Counted from the first letter of the stretch, positions 18,844 to 27,905 are shown. The stretch: DNA of 60,852 nucleotides from an uncultured delta proteobacterium (GCA_963823335.1 CAWGLD010000010.1:1-60852), one strand, 5' to 3'. Notes: generated by a model from the letters alone, not told the origin. A program made the numbers and translations.

Positions 18844-20757
18844 TCACTGTGTTCTTTCTTCTGGTGCTGACAGGGCTTCAAGTTCTTCCCAGCGATGATA
18901 GGCCCTCTCGATTTCGCGCTCGATGCGTTCAATCTCCGATCGGGCAGCGGCGATGTCGCCTTTTTCTTTTTTGTAAAACAAGGGGTCGGACAGGATCGCA
19001 AACAGTTCTTTTTGCTCTGATTCAAGGGCTTCGATCTTTTGGGGCAGATCCTGCATTTCCCGATGCTGCATATACCCCAACTTTCGCGATTGGGGCGCCC
19101 TGGGTTTTGGCGGGGGTTTCCGGTGGTTATTTTTATCGGGCGGCAATACCGGTGTTCCCCGGGGGCGCTGACGAAGCCAATCATCGTATCCGCCGATATA
19201 TTCCACCACCTGCCCGTTGCCTTCGAAGACAATGGTGCTGGTGACCACATTGTTCAAGAAGTCCCGGTCGTGGCTGACCAGCAGAAGGGTCCCCTGATAC
19301 TCGAAAATCAACTCTTCCAAAAGCTCCAGGGTTTCGACATCCAGATCATTGGTGGGCTCATCCAGTACCAGCACATTGGCCGGTTGCGTGAAAAGCCTGG
19401 CCAGCATCAGGCGGTTTTTTTCTCCGCCGGAAAGAACATAAACCGGTGTGCGGCTTCTTTCAGGGGAGAAGAGAAAATCCTGAAGATAGCCGATGACATG
19501 GCGTCTCCGGCCGTTAAAGATGATAAAATCGTTGCCGCTGACGATGTTTTCCCGCACGGTCTTTTGTTCGTCGAGCTGTGCCCGGAGCTGGTCAAAATAA
19601 ACGACCTGAAGGTTGGTGCCATGGCGGACACTGCCCGTTTCCGGACGCAGTGTTTTTAAAAGAATTTTCAGCAGGGTAGTTTTACCCACACCGTTGGGGC
19701 CCATGATACCCACCTTGTCTCCGCGCATGATGACCGTGGAAAAGTCTTTTACAATCGGAGTTTGTTCGTAGGCAAAGCTCACGTTGCCGGCTTCCAGGAC
19801 AAGCTTGCCGGTCAGCTCCGCGTCCTGAACCTGCAGCCGGACATTATCTATTTTTCGACGGCGGGCCTGGTGGGCGGCACGCATTTTCTGCAGGCTCCTG
19901 ACGCGTCCCTGGTTTCGTGTTCTACGGGCCTTTATCCCTTTCCTGATCCAGGCTTCTTCCTGGGACAGCTTTTTATCGAAGACCTCATTTTGGGTTTCTT
20001 CGACCTCCAGGGCAGCTTGCCTTTCTTTTAAATAGGAGGCATAATCAGTGACATAGGATACCAGGCGGCCCCGATCCAGTTCCAGGATTCGGTTGGCTAT
20101 CTTCTTTAGAAACGCGCGGTCATGGGTGATGAACAGCAGGGTTTTTACGTGGCGCAGAATAAAGTCTTCCATCCATAGGATCGTATGGATGTCAAGATGG
20201 TTGGTGGGTTCATCCAGCAGGAGAAGATCGGGTTTGCCGACCAGGGCACGTGCAAACATGGTGCGCCGTTTCAGCCCTGCGGAAAGATCGGCGAACAGGT
20301 TTGCCGGATCCAGCCGGGTTCGTGAAAGAATGTTTTCGACACGGGTTAACAGCTCCCATCCATTACCGGTGTCCAGCATATGCTGCAGTTCGTCACGTCT
20401 TTTTGCCAGCGGGGGCGTGAGCCGGGTATCCGTGTATCTGCAGATCCGGCTGTGTTCGGCCAGGGCCCGGCCTGTTTTACCGAGGCCCTCGGCAACCACG
20501 TCAAAGATGGTACCCTTGAATTCCGCAGGGACATTCTGTTCCAGCGCAGCCACGCTGACACCCTGTTGCTGCCAGACTTCGCCATTGTCCGGAATCATTT
20601 CGCCGCCCAGAAGCTTCAGGAGGGTGGACTTGCCTACACCATTGCGGCCCAGCAGGCACACGCGCTCGCCTTTTTCGATCTGGAACGTTATATTTTCCAG
20701 CAGGGGGGGATCAACAAATCCCCAATATACATCCCGCATGCCGATCAGAGCCATCAC
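18844..20757 (-). CDS. uup: ABC-F ATPase, Uup-like with C-terminal coiled coil
   Basis: Two NBDs (GRNGVGKST, GPNGVGKTT); 'EEAWIRKGIKARRTRNQGRV' linker; 'RWEELE' C-terminal domain. Confidence 0.9.
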   Translation of the reverse strand: MMALIGMRDVYWGFVDPPLLENITFQIEKGERVCLLGRNGVGKSTLLKLLGGEMIPDNGEVWQQQGVSVAALEQNVPAEFKGTIFDVVAEGLGKTGRALAEHSRICRYTDTRLTPPLAKRRDELQHMLDTGNGWELLTRVENILSRTRLDPANLFADLSAGLKRRTMFARALVGKPDLLLLDEPTNHLDIHTILWMEDFILRHVKTLLFITHDRAFLKKIANRILELDRGRLVSYVTDYASYLKERQAALEVEETQNEVFDKKLSQEEAWIRKGIKARRTRNQGRVRSLQKMRAAHQARRRKIDNVRLQVQDAELTGKLVLEAGNVSFAYEQTPIVKDFSTVIMRGDKVGIMGPNGVGKTTLLKILLKTLRPETGSVRHGTNLQVVYFDQLRAQLDEQKTVRENIVSGNDFIIFNGRRRHVIGYLQDFLFSPERSRTPVYVLSGGEKNRLMLARLFTQPANVLVLDEPTNDLDVETLELLEELIFEYQGTLLLVSHDRDFLNNVVTSTIVFEGNGQVVEYIGGYDDWLRQRPRGTPVLPPDKNNHRKPPPKPRAPQSRKLGYMQHREMQDLPQKIEALESEQKELFAILSDPLFYKKEKGDIAAARSEIERIEREIERAYHRWEELEALSAPEERTQ

Positions 20758-20928
20758 CCAACCTCATATATATCCAAACAACGTTTATACGCTAATTTAT
20801 CACAAACTATCCGGCATTGCCACTGTCACATGAAGGGGAATCCGTGTTCCCGAAATATTTGTTTTCCATTTCCTTTAAAAAAGGGGTTGCATACCTCCAT
20901 GTGATTCGCTATAAGCATGCGTCGCATG

Positions 20929-20959
20929 AACCACGGGTTGGAACGACCCGTGGTTTTTT
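20929..20959 (+). terminator. Terminator-like hairpin in the leader of the ABC-F gene
   Basis: AACCACGGGT-tggaacg-ACCCGTGGTT-TTTT, just after a candidate promoter TTGCAT-17-TATAAG (20887-20915). Confidence 0.5.
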
Positions 20960-21042
20960 ATTGTTCAAGCAAATATTTTCACGATATCGGTGTCCTTTTG
21001 AGAGGCATGTCTCTCAAAGGGCATGCAGATGAGGAACAACCT

Positions 21043-22677
21043 ATGATCAGTGCATCCAATTTGGCGCTTGCCTATGGCAAGCGTGTTTTGTTTAAAGACG
21101 TCAATATCAAGTTCACACCCGGAAACTGCTACGGTCTTATCGGCGCCAACGGAACCGGCAAATCCACGTTTCTGAAAATCCTTTCCGGTGAGATTGAAGC
21201 CGATAAAGGGACTGTGAGCGTGGACGACGGCGAGCGCGTTGCCGTCCTGAAGCAGGACCAGTTTGCTTATGACGAGGAAACCGTCATCAATACGGTGATC
21301 ATGGGTCACGAGCAGCTCTATGGCATCCTGATGGAACGGGAGGCTCTCTATGCCAAGGTGGATTTTACCGAAGAGGACGGCATCCGGTCCGGAGAACTGG
21401 AGGCGGTATTTGCCGAGATGAACGGCTATGAAGCCGAGTCCGAAGCAGCGGTTCTTCTCAACGGTCTGGGTCTTGCCGAAGAGATGTGCCATCTGAAGAT
21501 GAAAGAACTGGAAGGGGGGGACAAGGTTCGGGTGCTTCTTGCCCAGGCTCTTTTCGGCAACCCCGATGTCCTGCTCCTCGATGAACCCACCAACCACCTG
21601 GATTACAGGTCCATCGTCTGGCTGGAAGATTTTCTGGTGCGTTTTCAGAATACCGTGATCGTGGTATCCCACGACCGTCACTTTCTCAACCAGGTCTGTA
21701 CCCACATTGCCGATATCGATTACGGAAAGATTCAGGTTTTTGTGGGCAACTACGACTTCTGGTGCCAGGCAAGTCGTCTGATTCAGAAGCAGAAACAGAA
21801 CGAAAACAAGAAATCCACGGAAAAAGCCAAAGAATTGACCGCGTTTATCCAGCGCTTCAGCTCCAACGCCTCAAAAGCCAAACAGGCCACTTCCCGGAAA
21901 AAACTCCTGGAAAAGATTACCCTGGATGACATGCCGGTTTCATCTCGAAAATATCCCTGGATCGCCTTCAGACCGGAACGCTCCTGTGGGAGTGTAATCC
22001 TGGAAATCGAAAATATCACCAAGGTCATGGACGGGGAAGCGGTGCTCAACAACTTCAGCATGGTGGTGAACAGTGGGGATAAGATCGCTTTTGTGGGGGA
22101 CAACAGTCTGGCCAAAACCGCCCTGTTCCAGATTCTGGCAGGGGAAATGGTACCGGACGCCGGTAGTTTTCGATGGGGTCAGACCGTCACCACGACCTAC
22201 TTTCCCAGGGAGAACAGTCGCTTTTTCGAGAGCGATATGTCTCTGGTCCAGTGGTTGCTGCAGTACGCCCCGGAAGAGGGGCTGAACTTTGCCCGCAGTT
22301 TTCTCGGCCGCATGTTATTTTCCGGCGAGGAAGCCCTCAAAAAGACCGGAGTTCTTTCCGGTGGGGAGAGGGTGCGTTGCATGCTCTCACGCATGATGCT
22401 GAGCAATGCCAATGTGCTTCTCTTGGACGAGCCCACCAACCACCTGGATCTGGAGGCCATCACTTCCCTCAACGAAGGGCTCATGGCCTTTCCCGAGGTG
22501 ATTCTGTTTGCTTCCCATGACCACCAGTTCGTTTCCACGATAGCCAATCGTATTGTGGAACTCACCCCGGGGGGCGCCATTGACCGGCGCATGTGTTTTG
22601 ACGACTACCTGGAAAGCACTGCCGTTGCCAAAGAGCGGGAAGCGCACCGTTGCCGGGAAACCGCCTTGGCTGTCTGA
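21043..22677 (+). CDS. ABC-F ATPase (YbiT/YkpA-like)
   Basis: 'FTPGNCYGLIGANGTGKST', 'FIQRFSSNASKAKQATSRKK', 'LSGGERVRCMLS'; start placed at ATG 21043 after GAGG. Confidence 0.9.
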   Translation: MISASNLALAYGKRVLFKDVNIKFTPGNCYGLIGANGTGKSTFLKILSGEIEADKGTVSVDDGERVAVLKQDQFAYDEETVINTVIMGHEQLYGILMEREALYAKVDFTEEDGIRSGELEAVFAEMNGYEAESEAAVLLNGLGLAEEMCHLKMKELEGGDKVRVLLAQALFGNPDVLLLDEPTNHLDYRSIVWLEDFLVRFQNTVIVVSHDRHFLNQVCTHIADIDYGKIQVFVGNYDFWCQASRLIQKQKQNENKKSTEKAKELTAFIQRFSSNASKAKQATSRKKLLEKITLDDMPVSSRKYPWIAFRPERSCGSVILEIENITKVMDGEAVLNNFSMVVNSGDKIAFVGDNSLAKTALFQILAGEMVPDAGSFRWGQTVTTTYFPRENSRFFESDMSLVQWLLQYAPEEGLNFARSFLGRMLFSGEEALKKTGVLSGGERVRCMLSRMMLSNANVLLLDEPTNHLDLEAITSLNEGLMAFPEVILFASHDHQFVSTIANRIVELTPGGAIDRRMCFDDYLESTAVAKEREAHRCRETALAV

Positions 22678-22692
22678 CCGGGGAAAACCGAC

Positions 22693-23274
22693 ATGGAAGA
22701 TTATTACCAGTACCACCACACAGTCTATCACGAAAAGACGTTTCACATCGATCCCTCTTCTTTTTTAGAGCCCCTCAGCAGACACTTGAAACCTGGTGAC
22801 ACGGTGCTCGATGTGGGGTGCGGCAGCGGACGGGATCTTCTCTGGCTTAGATCGCACGGTTTTCGTGTCATGGGATTCGAACGCTCTGAGGGCCTGGCAG
22901 CGCTTGCACGAAAATATGCCGGCTGTGATATCATCGAGGGTGATTTTGAGAATTATGATTTTTCAAAACAAAAGTTCGCGGCCATTCTTCTTTCCGGAGC
23001 CCTCGTCCACATCCCGCATGTGCATTTCGAAGCGGTTTTCGGGCGTGTTGTCCGCGGATTGGGGGCGGGTGGAAAAGCTCTGGTATCTCTCAAGGAGGGA
23101 AGCGGGACATTCATCGATGGAGATGGCCGGGCCTTTTATTTCTGGCAGTATGAAAACCTGCGTGATATTTTTTCGAAACATGGTTTCAAGGTTATAGAAT
23201 TTCACCGGAGTGTATCGAAAGTAAATGAGAAGGATACGTGGCTGAGCTATGTCCTGTCTTTGGATAGTCCTTGA
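22693..23274 (+). CDS. Class I SAM-dependent methyltransferase
   Basis: 'VLDVGCGSGRD' motif I. Confidence 0.88.
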   Translation: MEDYYQYHHTVYHEKTFHIDPSSFLEPLSRHLKPGDTVLDVGCGSGRDLLWLRSHGFRVMGFERSEGLAALARKYAGCDIIEGDFENYDFSKQKFAAILLSGALVHIPHVHFEAVFGRVVRGLGAGGKALVSLKEGSGTFIDGDGRAFYFWQYENLRDIFSKHGFKVIEFHRSVSKVNEKDTWLSYVLSLDSP

Positions 23275-23329
23275 TATCTGTCTATCGTCCTGATCTCACG
23301 CCCGTGTATGTGTTATAGCCCAAGACCCC

Positions 23330-23710
23330 TTACTCATACTCAAGTGCGATGCCGTTCATGAAACTGTGGTATACATTCGTTGGTCCGTCTCCAGCTGGCA
23401 TAGACTCTACAGTCACCGATTCCCCTTCCTTAATGAGAACAATACCTTCTGCCCCCAGTTCACGAGCCGTAGATTTGAGGGATTCTATCATCCGGTTTCT
23501 ACTTTTATCATTGAGGGGCCGGGTATCGGTAACGATTAGTTCTGCTAACTTTTTATAAGATACTCCGACCTCATCGAAAGAATTGAAAATATCCACTTCG
23601 CTTGTATTTTGATGGTCCACCTGAATATGGATTTTTTGAATTTGGGTTTTCGGTGTGCATCCGATCATAATTAACGATACCGTAATTAAAGCAATCCACT
23701 TGATTATCAT
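23330..23710 (-). CDS. Hypothetical lipoprotein (YbjQ/heavy-metal-binding-like fold possible)
   Basis: Lipobox 'IMIGC'; 'LKSTARELGAEGIV'; AGGAGG RBS. Confidence 0.65.
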   Translation of the reverse strand: MIIKWIALITVSLIMIGCTPKTQIQKIHIQVDHQNTSEVDIFNSFDEVGVSYKKLAELIVTDTRPLNDKSRNRMIESLKSTARELGAEGIVLIKEGESVTVESMPAGDGPTNVYHSFMNGIALEYE

Positions 23711-23811
23711 TGTGTCCTCCTATCCAAAACTATGGAATTACCATCTTTGCACAACTGCAGACAACATCATTCTGAGTTGTATGTATTCAGCAACAGGTTG
23801 TGCGTGTTCTG

Positions 23812-24414
23812 TCAAAGGAGGGAAGATCCCTCTTCTATGGTGGGAGCAGATGTGCTTTCTGGATACGTATCAATCTTCGCCCTTAACCTCTCCCCCAGAT
23901 ACTCACTGGCTGATGCCAGCTCCTTGTGTATCAGTTCTGCGCCTTGCTTATACCGAACAATTTTTCCATCGTTCCAGTGATTGGGAGGTGGCTGTAGGTT
24001 GATAATACGGTCTGCCATTTTTACCATCCAGATCTCTCTGGGCAGTTTTTTGATACGCTGCAGACTGTCTTCAAGCTGCAACCAATCACGTTTGTACTCA
24101 TCCTCAGTTATTCCTATAGCTCCATCTTTTGATAGGGCAAGCACACCGTCTGCAACATAGCTGCCATATTGGGTCACAATCTCATCATAAACGATGTAAG
24201 TATCCTCAAGGCAGTCATGTAACAAAGCACACTGCACTGCAAGATTCGGCCTTTCAACGGTCTCCACTGCCAAAGCAGCAAGGATTTCCATTGCAACAAT
24301 GCTCACATGAACAATATATGGCATATCGGTTCCCGGTATAAGCTGACCTTTATGCGCTTCTGCTGCAAAGCTGTAGGCTTTGAAGTACTTTTCACGAGAC
24401 CAAGGATTGGACAT
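23812..24414 (-). CDS. HD-domain protein of the RelA/SpoT hydrolase (small alarmone hydrolase/Mesh1-like) family
   Basis: 'AAEAHKGQ...PYIVH', 'ALLHDCLED', 'VKMADRIINL'. Confidence 0.85.
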   Translation of the reverse strand: MSNPWSREKYFKAYSFAAEAHKGQLIPGTDMPYIVHVSIVAMEILAALAVETVERPNLAVQCALLHDCLEDTYIVYDEIVTQYGSYVADGVLALSKDGAIGITEDEYKRDWLQLEDSLQRIKKLPREIWMVKMADRIINLQPPPNHWNDGKIVRYKQGAELIHKELASASEYLGERLRAKIDTYPESTSAPTIEEGSSLL

Positions 24415-24661
24415 TGCTTTATCCTTTTAATATTCTATACGCACTTTCCACAGCTTTGCAATCGCTGTAATCCGACGATACCCCTACCGGTGAGGAGAAA
24501 TATCCATTTATCAAGCTTAACCAAATTCCATAACCCCTATATATTGTAGAGGTCGCTAAAGCAAAGCCTGGGTGTTAATAATTTCAACCCACGCTATTTG
24601 ATCCAGAGATCTTGTTGAGCAATGATAATCTTTAACTCGAAGTCCACTCATCCCAATCGTT

Positions 24662-25741
24662 TTATTTTGATAGAAGTGGCCATATAGAGATTCGGTCTTT
24701 CCCTTCTTTCTTGCTCGTGAATAGACACTGATCTGCTGCCATGAGAAGTTGCCTCTTATCGCTGGCATCATCGGGAAAAGTCGCCAATCCGAAGGAGGCC
24801 GTAACTCTGAGGTGAATCTTCTCTTGCTGGAGATAGGCGGTCGATCTAACCCCTTTACGGATTGCCTCAACCTTTGAGAAAGCCTCCTTACTGCTCTGCT
24901 CTGGGAGAATCACGATAAACTCGTCTCCGCCGTACCGAACGATACGGTCTTCTGTGTCGAGATGCGTATGGACGACTTCCGCCACTTCTTTCAAGACCTT
25001 GGCGCCAAGCATATGGCCATACTTGTCCACAACTTGCTTGAAGTTGTCCATATCAAAGAATATTAGAGTCAATTTCACTATCCCGGCAGATGTTGAACTC
25101 ATGAACTGGTCAAGATACTGGTGAAGGAAACGCGTGTTATTAAAACCAGTGACATCGTCTGTTACGCTCTGTTTCTGAAACATCGCATTCATTTGCTCAA
25201 GCTTATCTTGGTAGTCTTTGAGCATTCGCTGATTTTTTTCATGCAGTCCGATGTGCCTACGAAGCTCCAGCTGTGCCATGACTTGCCGGGACAAGGCACG
25301 GAGAGAATCAATCTGAGTTTCGGTGAGCGTGCGTTGGGTTTGGTCGATTACACAGAGAGTCCCCAAGGCTTCGCCTCTTGGCGTGACCAGAGGTGCACCG
25401 GCGTAGAATCTTATCCGCGGCTCCCCGGTAACAAAAGGATTGTCAACAAAACGTTCGTCAGTCTGGGCATTGCTAACGATCGTGATATCGGATTGAAGAA
25501 TGGCATGCGCGCAGAATGCGTTTTCTCGCGCCGTCTCCGGAATTTTCAGGCCCACCTTAGACTTGAACCACTGCCGTGTGCTGTCAATCAGAGAAACGGC
25601 AGCCATGGGCGTGCCACAAATCTCGGAGGCCAACAAGGTTATGTCATCGTAAGAATCCTCCGGTAAAGTATCAAGTATCTGATAGTTGAGCAGCGCTTCG
25701 ATGCGCGAAGCTTCATTACTTGGCAGTAAGGCCTTCATCAA
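24662..25741 (-). CDS. GAF-GGDEF diguanylate cyclase
   Basis: GAF 'RQWFKS...AFCAHAI...IRFYAGAPL...LGTLCVID'; 'DMDNFKQVVD.YGH', 'RYGGDEF'. Confidence 0.92.
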   Translation of the reverse strand: MMKALLPSNEASRIEALLNYQILDTLPEDSYDDITLLASEICGTPMAAVSLIDSTRQWFKSKVGLKIPETARENAFCAHAILQSDITIVSNAQTDERFVDNPFVTGEPRIRFYAGAPLVTPRGEALGTLCVIDQTQRTLTETQIDSLRALSRQVMAQLELRRHIGLHEKNQRMLKDYQDKLEQMNAMFQKQSVTDDVTGFNNTRFLHQYLDQFMSSTSAGIVKLTLIFFDMDNFKQVVDKYGHMLGAKVLKEVAEVVHTHLDTEDRIVRYGGDEFIVILPEQSSKEAFSKVEAIRKGVRSTAYLQQEKIHLRVTASFGLATFPDDASDKRQLLMAADQCLFTSKKEGKDRISIWPLLSK

Positions 25742-25850
25742 TCAACCCTTTCGTAATAGCCTGTCGGTTTTATCTAAAAATGTTTTTAATTATGATAAGC
25801 ACTTTTTGCCATAATGCTCTGTAATTATAGTAATCATGGCAGAATAGTAT

Positions 25851-25866
25851 GCAAATGATATGCCTG
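25851..25866 (-). promoter_or_regulatory. Candidate sigma54 (-24/-12) promoter for the diguanylate cyclase
   Basis: Minus strand cAGGCATATCATTTGC (GG-N10-GC). Confidence 0.4.
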
Positions 25867-25933
25867 ATCTAAAGAAATAATGGCACCCCCTACTTGTTGT
25901 GATTCGTGAAATTTCTGATCATTAAACATAAAT

Positions 25934-26095
25934 GGAGATAAGTCCAAGTATCAGTTTTCCTGTAATCAGTGCAGATATGATTTGGGTATATGCAATCTAT
26001 CGCATCTTTAAATCAAGTGTCAAACGGTAGGATCAAAAAATGCTGCTTTGTGGCAATAAAAAAGGGGCAAATCCAAGGCTCGGATTCACCCTTTT
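25934..26095. repeat. 162-bp direct repeat, copy A
   Basis: GGAGATAAGTCCAAGTATCAGTTTT...GGATTCACCCTTTT aligns along its length with 27906-28066. Confidence 0.9.
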
Positions 26096-26226
26096 TATAG
26101 CGGTTGTCATAAATTTTCATGCCCAAACGCGCACAACGAAGCATGAAACATAAATTTATATTGAAATGCCATAGCTATCCTCTAAAAAATGGAGCATGAA
26201 AATTTATCAAATGAAGGAGGATAGCT

Positions 26227-26785
26227 ATGACACAGAAAAACAGATATTTCAGACAGCATGTGGCTGGCAAGTCTTCTACGTATCGGCGTTTTGAAAGCAA
26301 GTTTTATCCCTGAAAAGCACATTCGGCAACTAAGAGAACTGGTAACACTTCGTAAATCTTATATAAAGACGTTAGCCGACTACAAAAGACGCGTGCACAA
26401 ATTGTTCGAAACTGCCAATATCAAGATAAGCTCCGTCGTATCCAACTTGTTTGGCAATACCGGACGCAATCTAATGAATAAGCTAATCGATACGGATATT
26501 GAAATAACAATTGGACATGTCGAAGAATGTGCCGAGGGAAGTCTCAAACAAAAAGCTCCAGAGCTCTTTCGGTCCATTCAAGGTTTTTTTGAAACCCATC
26601 ATCGTTTTCAGCTGAAAATGATGATGCAGACTATCAATCACCTTGAGAGTGAAATTGAAGCTATTACCAGACGCCTGGATGATATTATGCTTCCCCATCA
26701 GGAGATGATCGACCAACTAGATCAGGTTCCCGGTATTGATAAAAAAACAGCCCAATCGATCACAGGTTTGGTAGCAGTGCACATC
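26227..26785 (+). pseudogene. IS110-family transposase remnant (internal deletion and C-terminal truncation)
   Basis: AAGGAGG-ATG at 26227, then an out-of-frame jump to 'RKTDISDSMWLASLLRIGVLKASFIP..IRQLRELV..R...ANIKISSVVSNLFG.TG'; ends after the HhH 'LDQVPGI'. Confidence 0.85.
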
Positions 26786-27292
26786 TTATTTGGTACTCTG
26801 AATAAAGCACCCGGTTGCCTCTGTTCCGCTGTTATCAGACCAGGCCGAACGGGATATATCCGGGTTGTCTTTATCCGCGGTCGAAACCTGATTAGAATAT
26901 CCGCTTTCATTCCCTTCTGAATCATATGCAGTTACCACAAAATAATAAACAACACCCTCTTCAAGATCATGTACGGTATATTCGGTTACGTTGCCGACAT
27001 CGAGGGGAGAATCCAAATGTGGGTAAAACGGGTGCAGCCCATCGTAGGGAGGGTCCGGCCAGTCTACACTGTAATATAACTTGTATCCTTCTACGTTGGG
27101 TTCTTCGTTGGCTTTCCACGCTAAGGTATAGTCAATGGCCAAAGCAGCAGGGGAAAAGCCGAAGACGGTTAAAATTATTGCGATCATTGGCCACTGCAAC
27201 CCCTTTAGGATGTTCGGGATATTTATAATGCTACCGTTCCATAAAGCCATGCTTCGTGTCGATCTTAACAGGAGAATAAAATACTGCCTCAT
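26786..27292 (-). CDS. Secreted fibronectin type III domain protein with a C-terminal 'GCFI' (CFI-box-like) tail
   Basis: Signal peptide ending PAALA; 'TLAW...GYKLYY...VGNVTEYTVHDL..GVVYYFVVTAYD..GNESGYSN'; ends 'ATGCFIQSTK'; start uncertain. Confidence 0.8.
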   Translation of the reverse strand: MRQYFILLLRSTRSMALWNGSIINIPNILKGLQWPMIAIILTVFGFSPAALAIDYTLAWKANEEPNVEGYKLYYSVDWPDPPYDGLHPFYPHLDSPLDVGNVTEYTVHDLEEGVVYYFVVTAYDSEGNESGYSNQVSTADKDNPDISRSAWSDNSGTEATGCFIQSTK

Positions 27293-27319
27293 AACTGCCG
27301 TCCTCATCAAATTATGAAT

Positions 27320-27354
27320 AAAAAAACCCCTGGGTTTACCAACCCAGAGGCTTT
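27320..27354 (-). terminator. Intrinsic terminator (expression platform of the proximal riboswitch)
   Basis: Minus strand GCCTCTGGGTT-ggt-AAACCCAGGGGT followed by a U-run. Confidence 0.8.
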
Positions 27355-27362
27355 CAGGTTTA

Positions 27363-27447
27363 AATTGGTAACCCGGCGATCATAGCAATAATGCTTTAGA
27401 CCCGTGGCTTTGCGTCACCGCCTTTGGGCGGTTTTGCCTTTTTCAAC
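27363..27447 (-). ncRNA. Cyclic di-GMP-I (GEMM) riboswitch, proximal
   Basis: Minus strand GGCAAAACCGCC-CAAA-GGCGGTGACGCAAAGCCACGGGTCTAAAGC..GCTATGATCGCCGGGTTACC matches the c-di-GMP-I consensus. Confidence 0.9.
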
Positions 27448-27660
27448 TATGCAGATTTTATTATTTCTGTATCAACACAAAGTTCATGCAAAGTTGATAG
27501 ATTATCTTATGCAATTATTTCGATATACAATTATAATTTGCACTGTTTCGAAGCTTTGATGCTAATAATTGTCACCATACTCCTACGCTTAATGAATTGC
27601 CAATTTTCATCCCTCCTTTCTTTTTGAATATTTTATCTATCTTTGGTACCTAATGGATAC

Positions 27661-27699
27661 AAAAATAAAAAAGCCTTCAGGCATGCAATCCCGAAGGCT
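27661..27699 (-). terminator. Intrinsic terminator (expression platform of the distal riboswitch)
   Basis: Minus strand AGCCTTCGGG-attgcatg-CCTGAAGGCT-TTTTT. Confidence 0.8.
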
Positions 27700-27710
27700 A
27701 CGGTAAGTAG

Positions 27711-27797
27711 TTTCGGTAGCCCGGCTGTCATAGCTTTTTAAAGCGTTAGACCCGTGGCTTTGCGTCACCGCCTTTCAACGGATATGCCCTTTCGATC
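27711..27797 (-). ncRNA. Cyclic di-GMP-I (GEMM) riboswitch, distal
   Basis: Minus strand GGGCATATCCGTT-GAAA-GGCGGTGACGCAAAGCCACGGGTCTAAC..CTATGACAGCCGGGCTACCGAA; upstream TTGACA..TGcTATATA promoter at 27813-27842. Confidence 0.9.
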
Positions 27798-27905
27798 TAT
27801 ATATTTAGTACTTATATAGCAAAGTACATTTTAAATTGTCAATAATAATTTACCATGCTTTATAGCAACATATTTTTTACTTTATTCTATTAACATCTAC
27901 CTTTG

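Noticed and set aside
25921-25948. Possible dif (XerCD) site: minus strand CTTGGACTTAT-CTCCAT-TTATGTTTAAT
   Set aside because: The XerD-like arm is good but the XerC arm is poor, and repeat copy B lacks the XerD arm; not supportable
26786-26920. C-terminal part of ORF 26258-26920 as transposase
   Set aside because: It is read-through into the antisense strand of the FN3 gene; IS110 similarity stops near 26785
27572-27610. 12-codon ORF MKIGNSLSVGVW between the two riboswitches
   Set aside because: AGGAGG lies only 1-2 nt from the ATG and there is no recognisable homology; may be a gene relic
27363-27797. Riboswitches as 3',3'-cGAMP (GEMM-Ib) sensors
   Set aside because: Both keep G at the specificity position (GGCA.. 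paired with GACGCAAA), the c-di-GMP type; the nearby cyclase has no feature I can tie to Hypr-type GGDEFs
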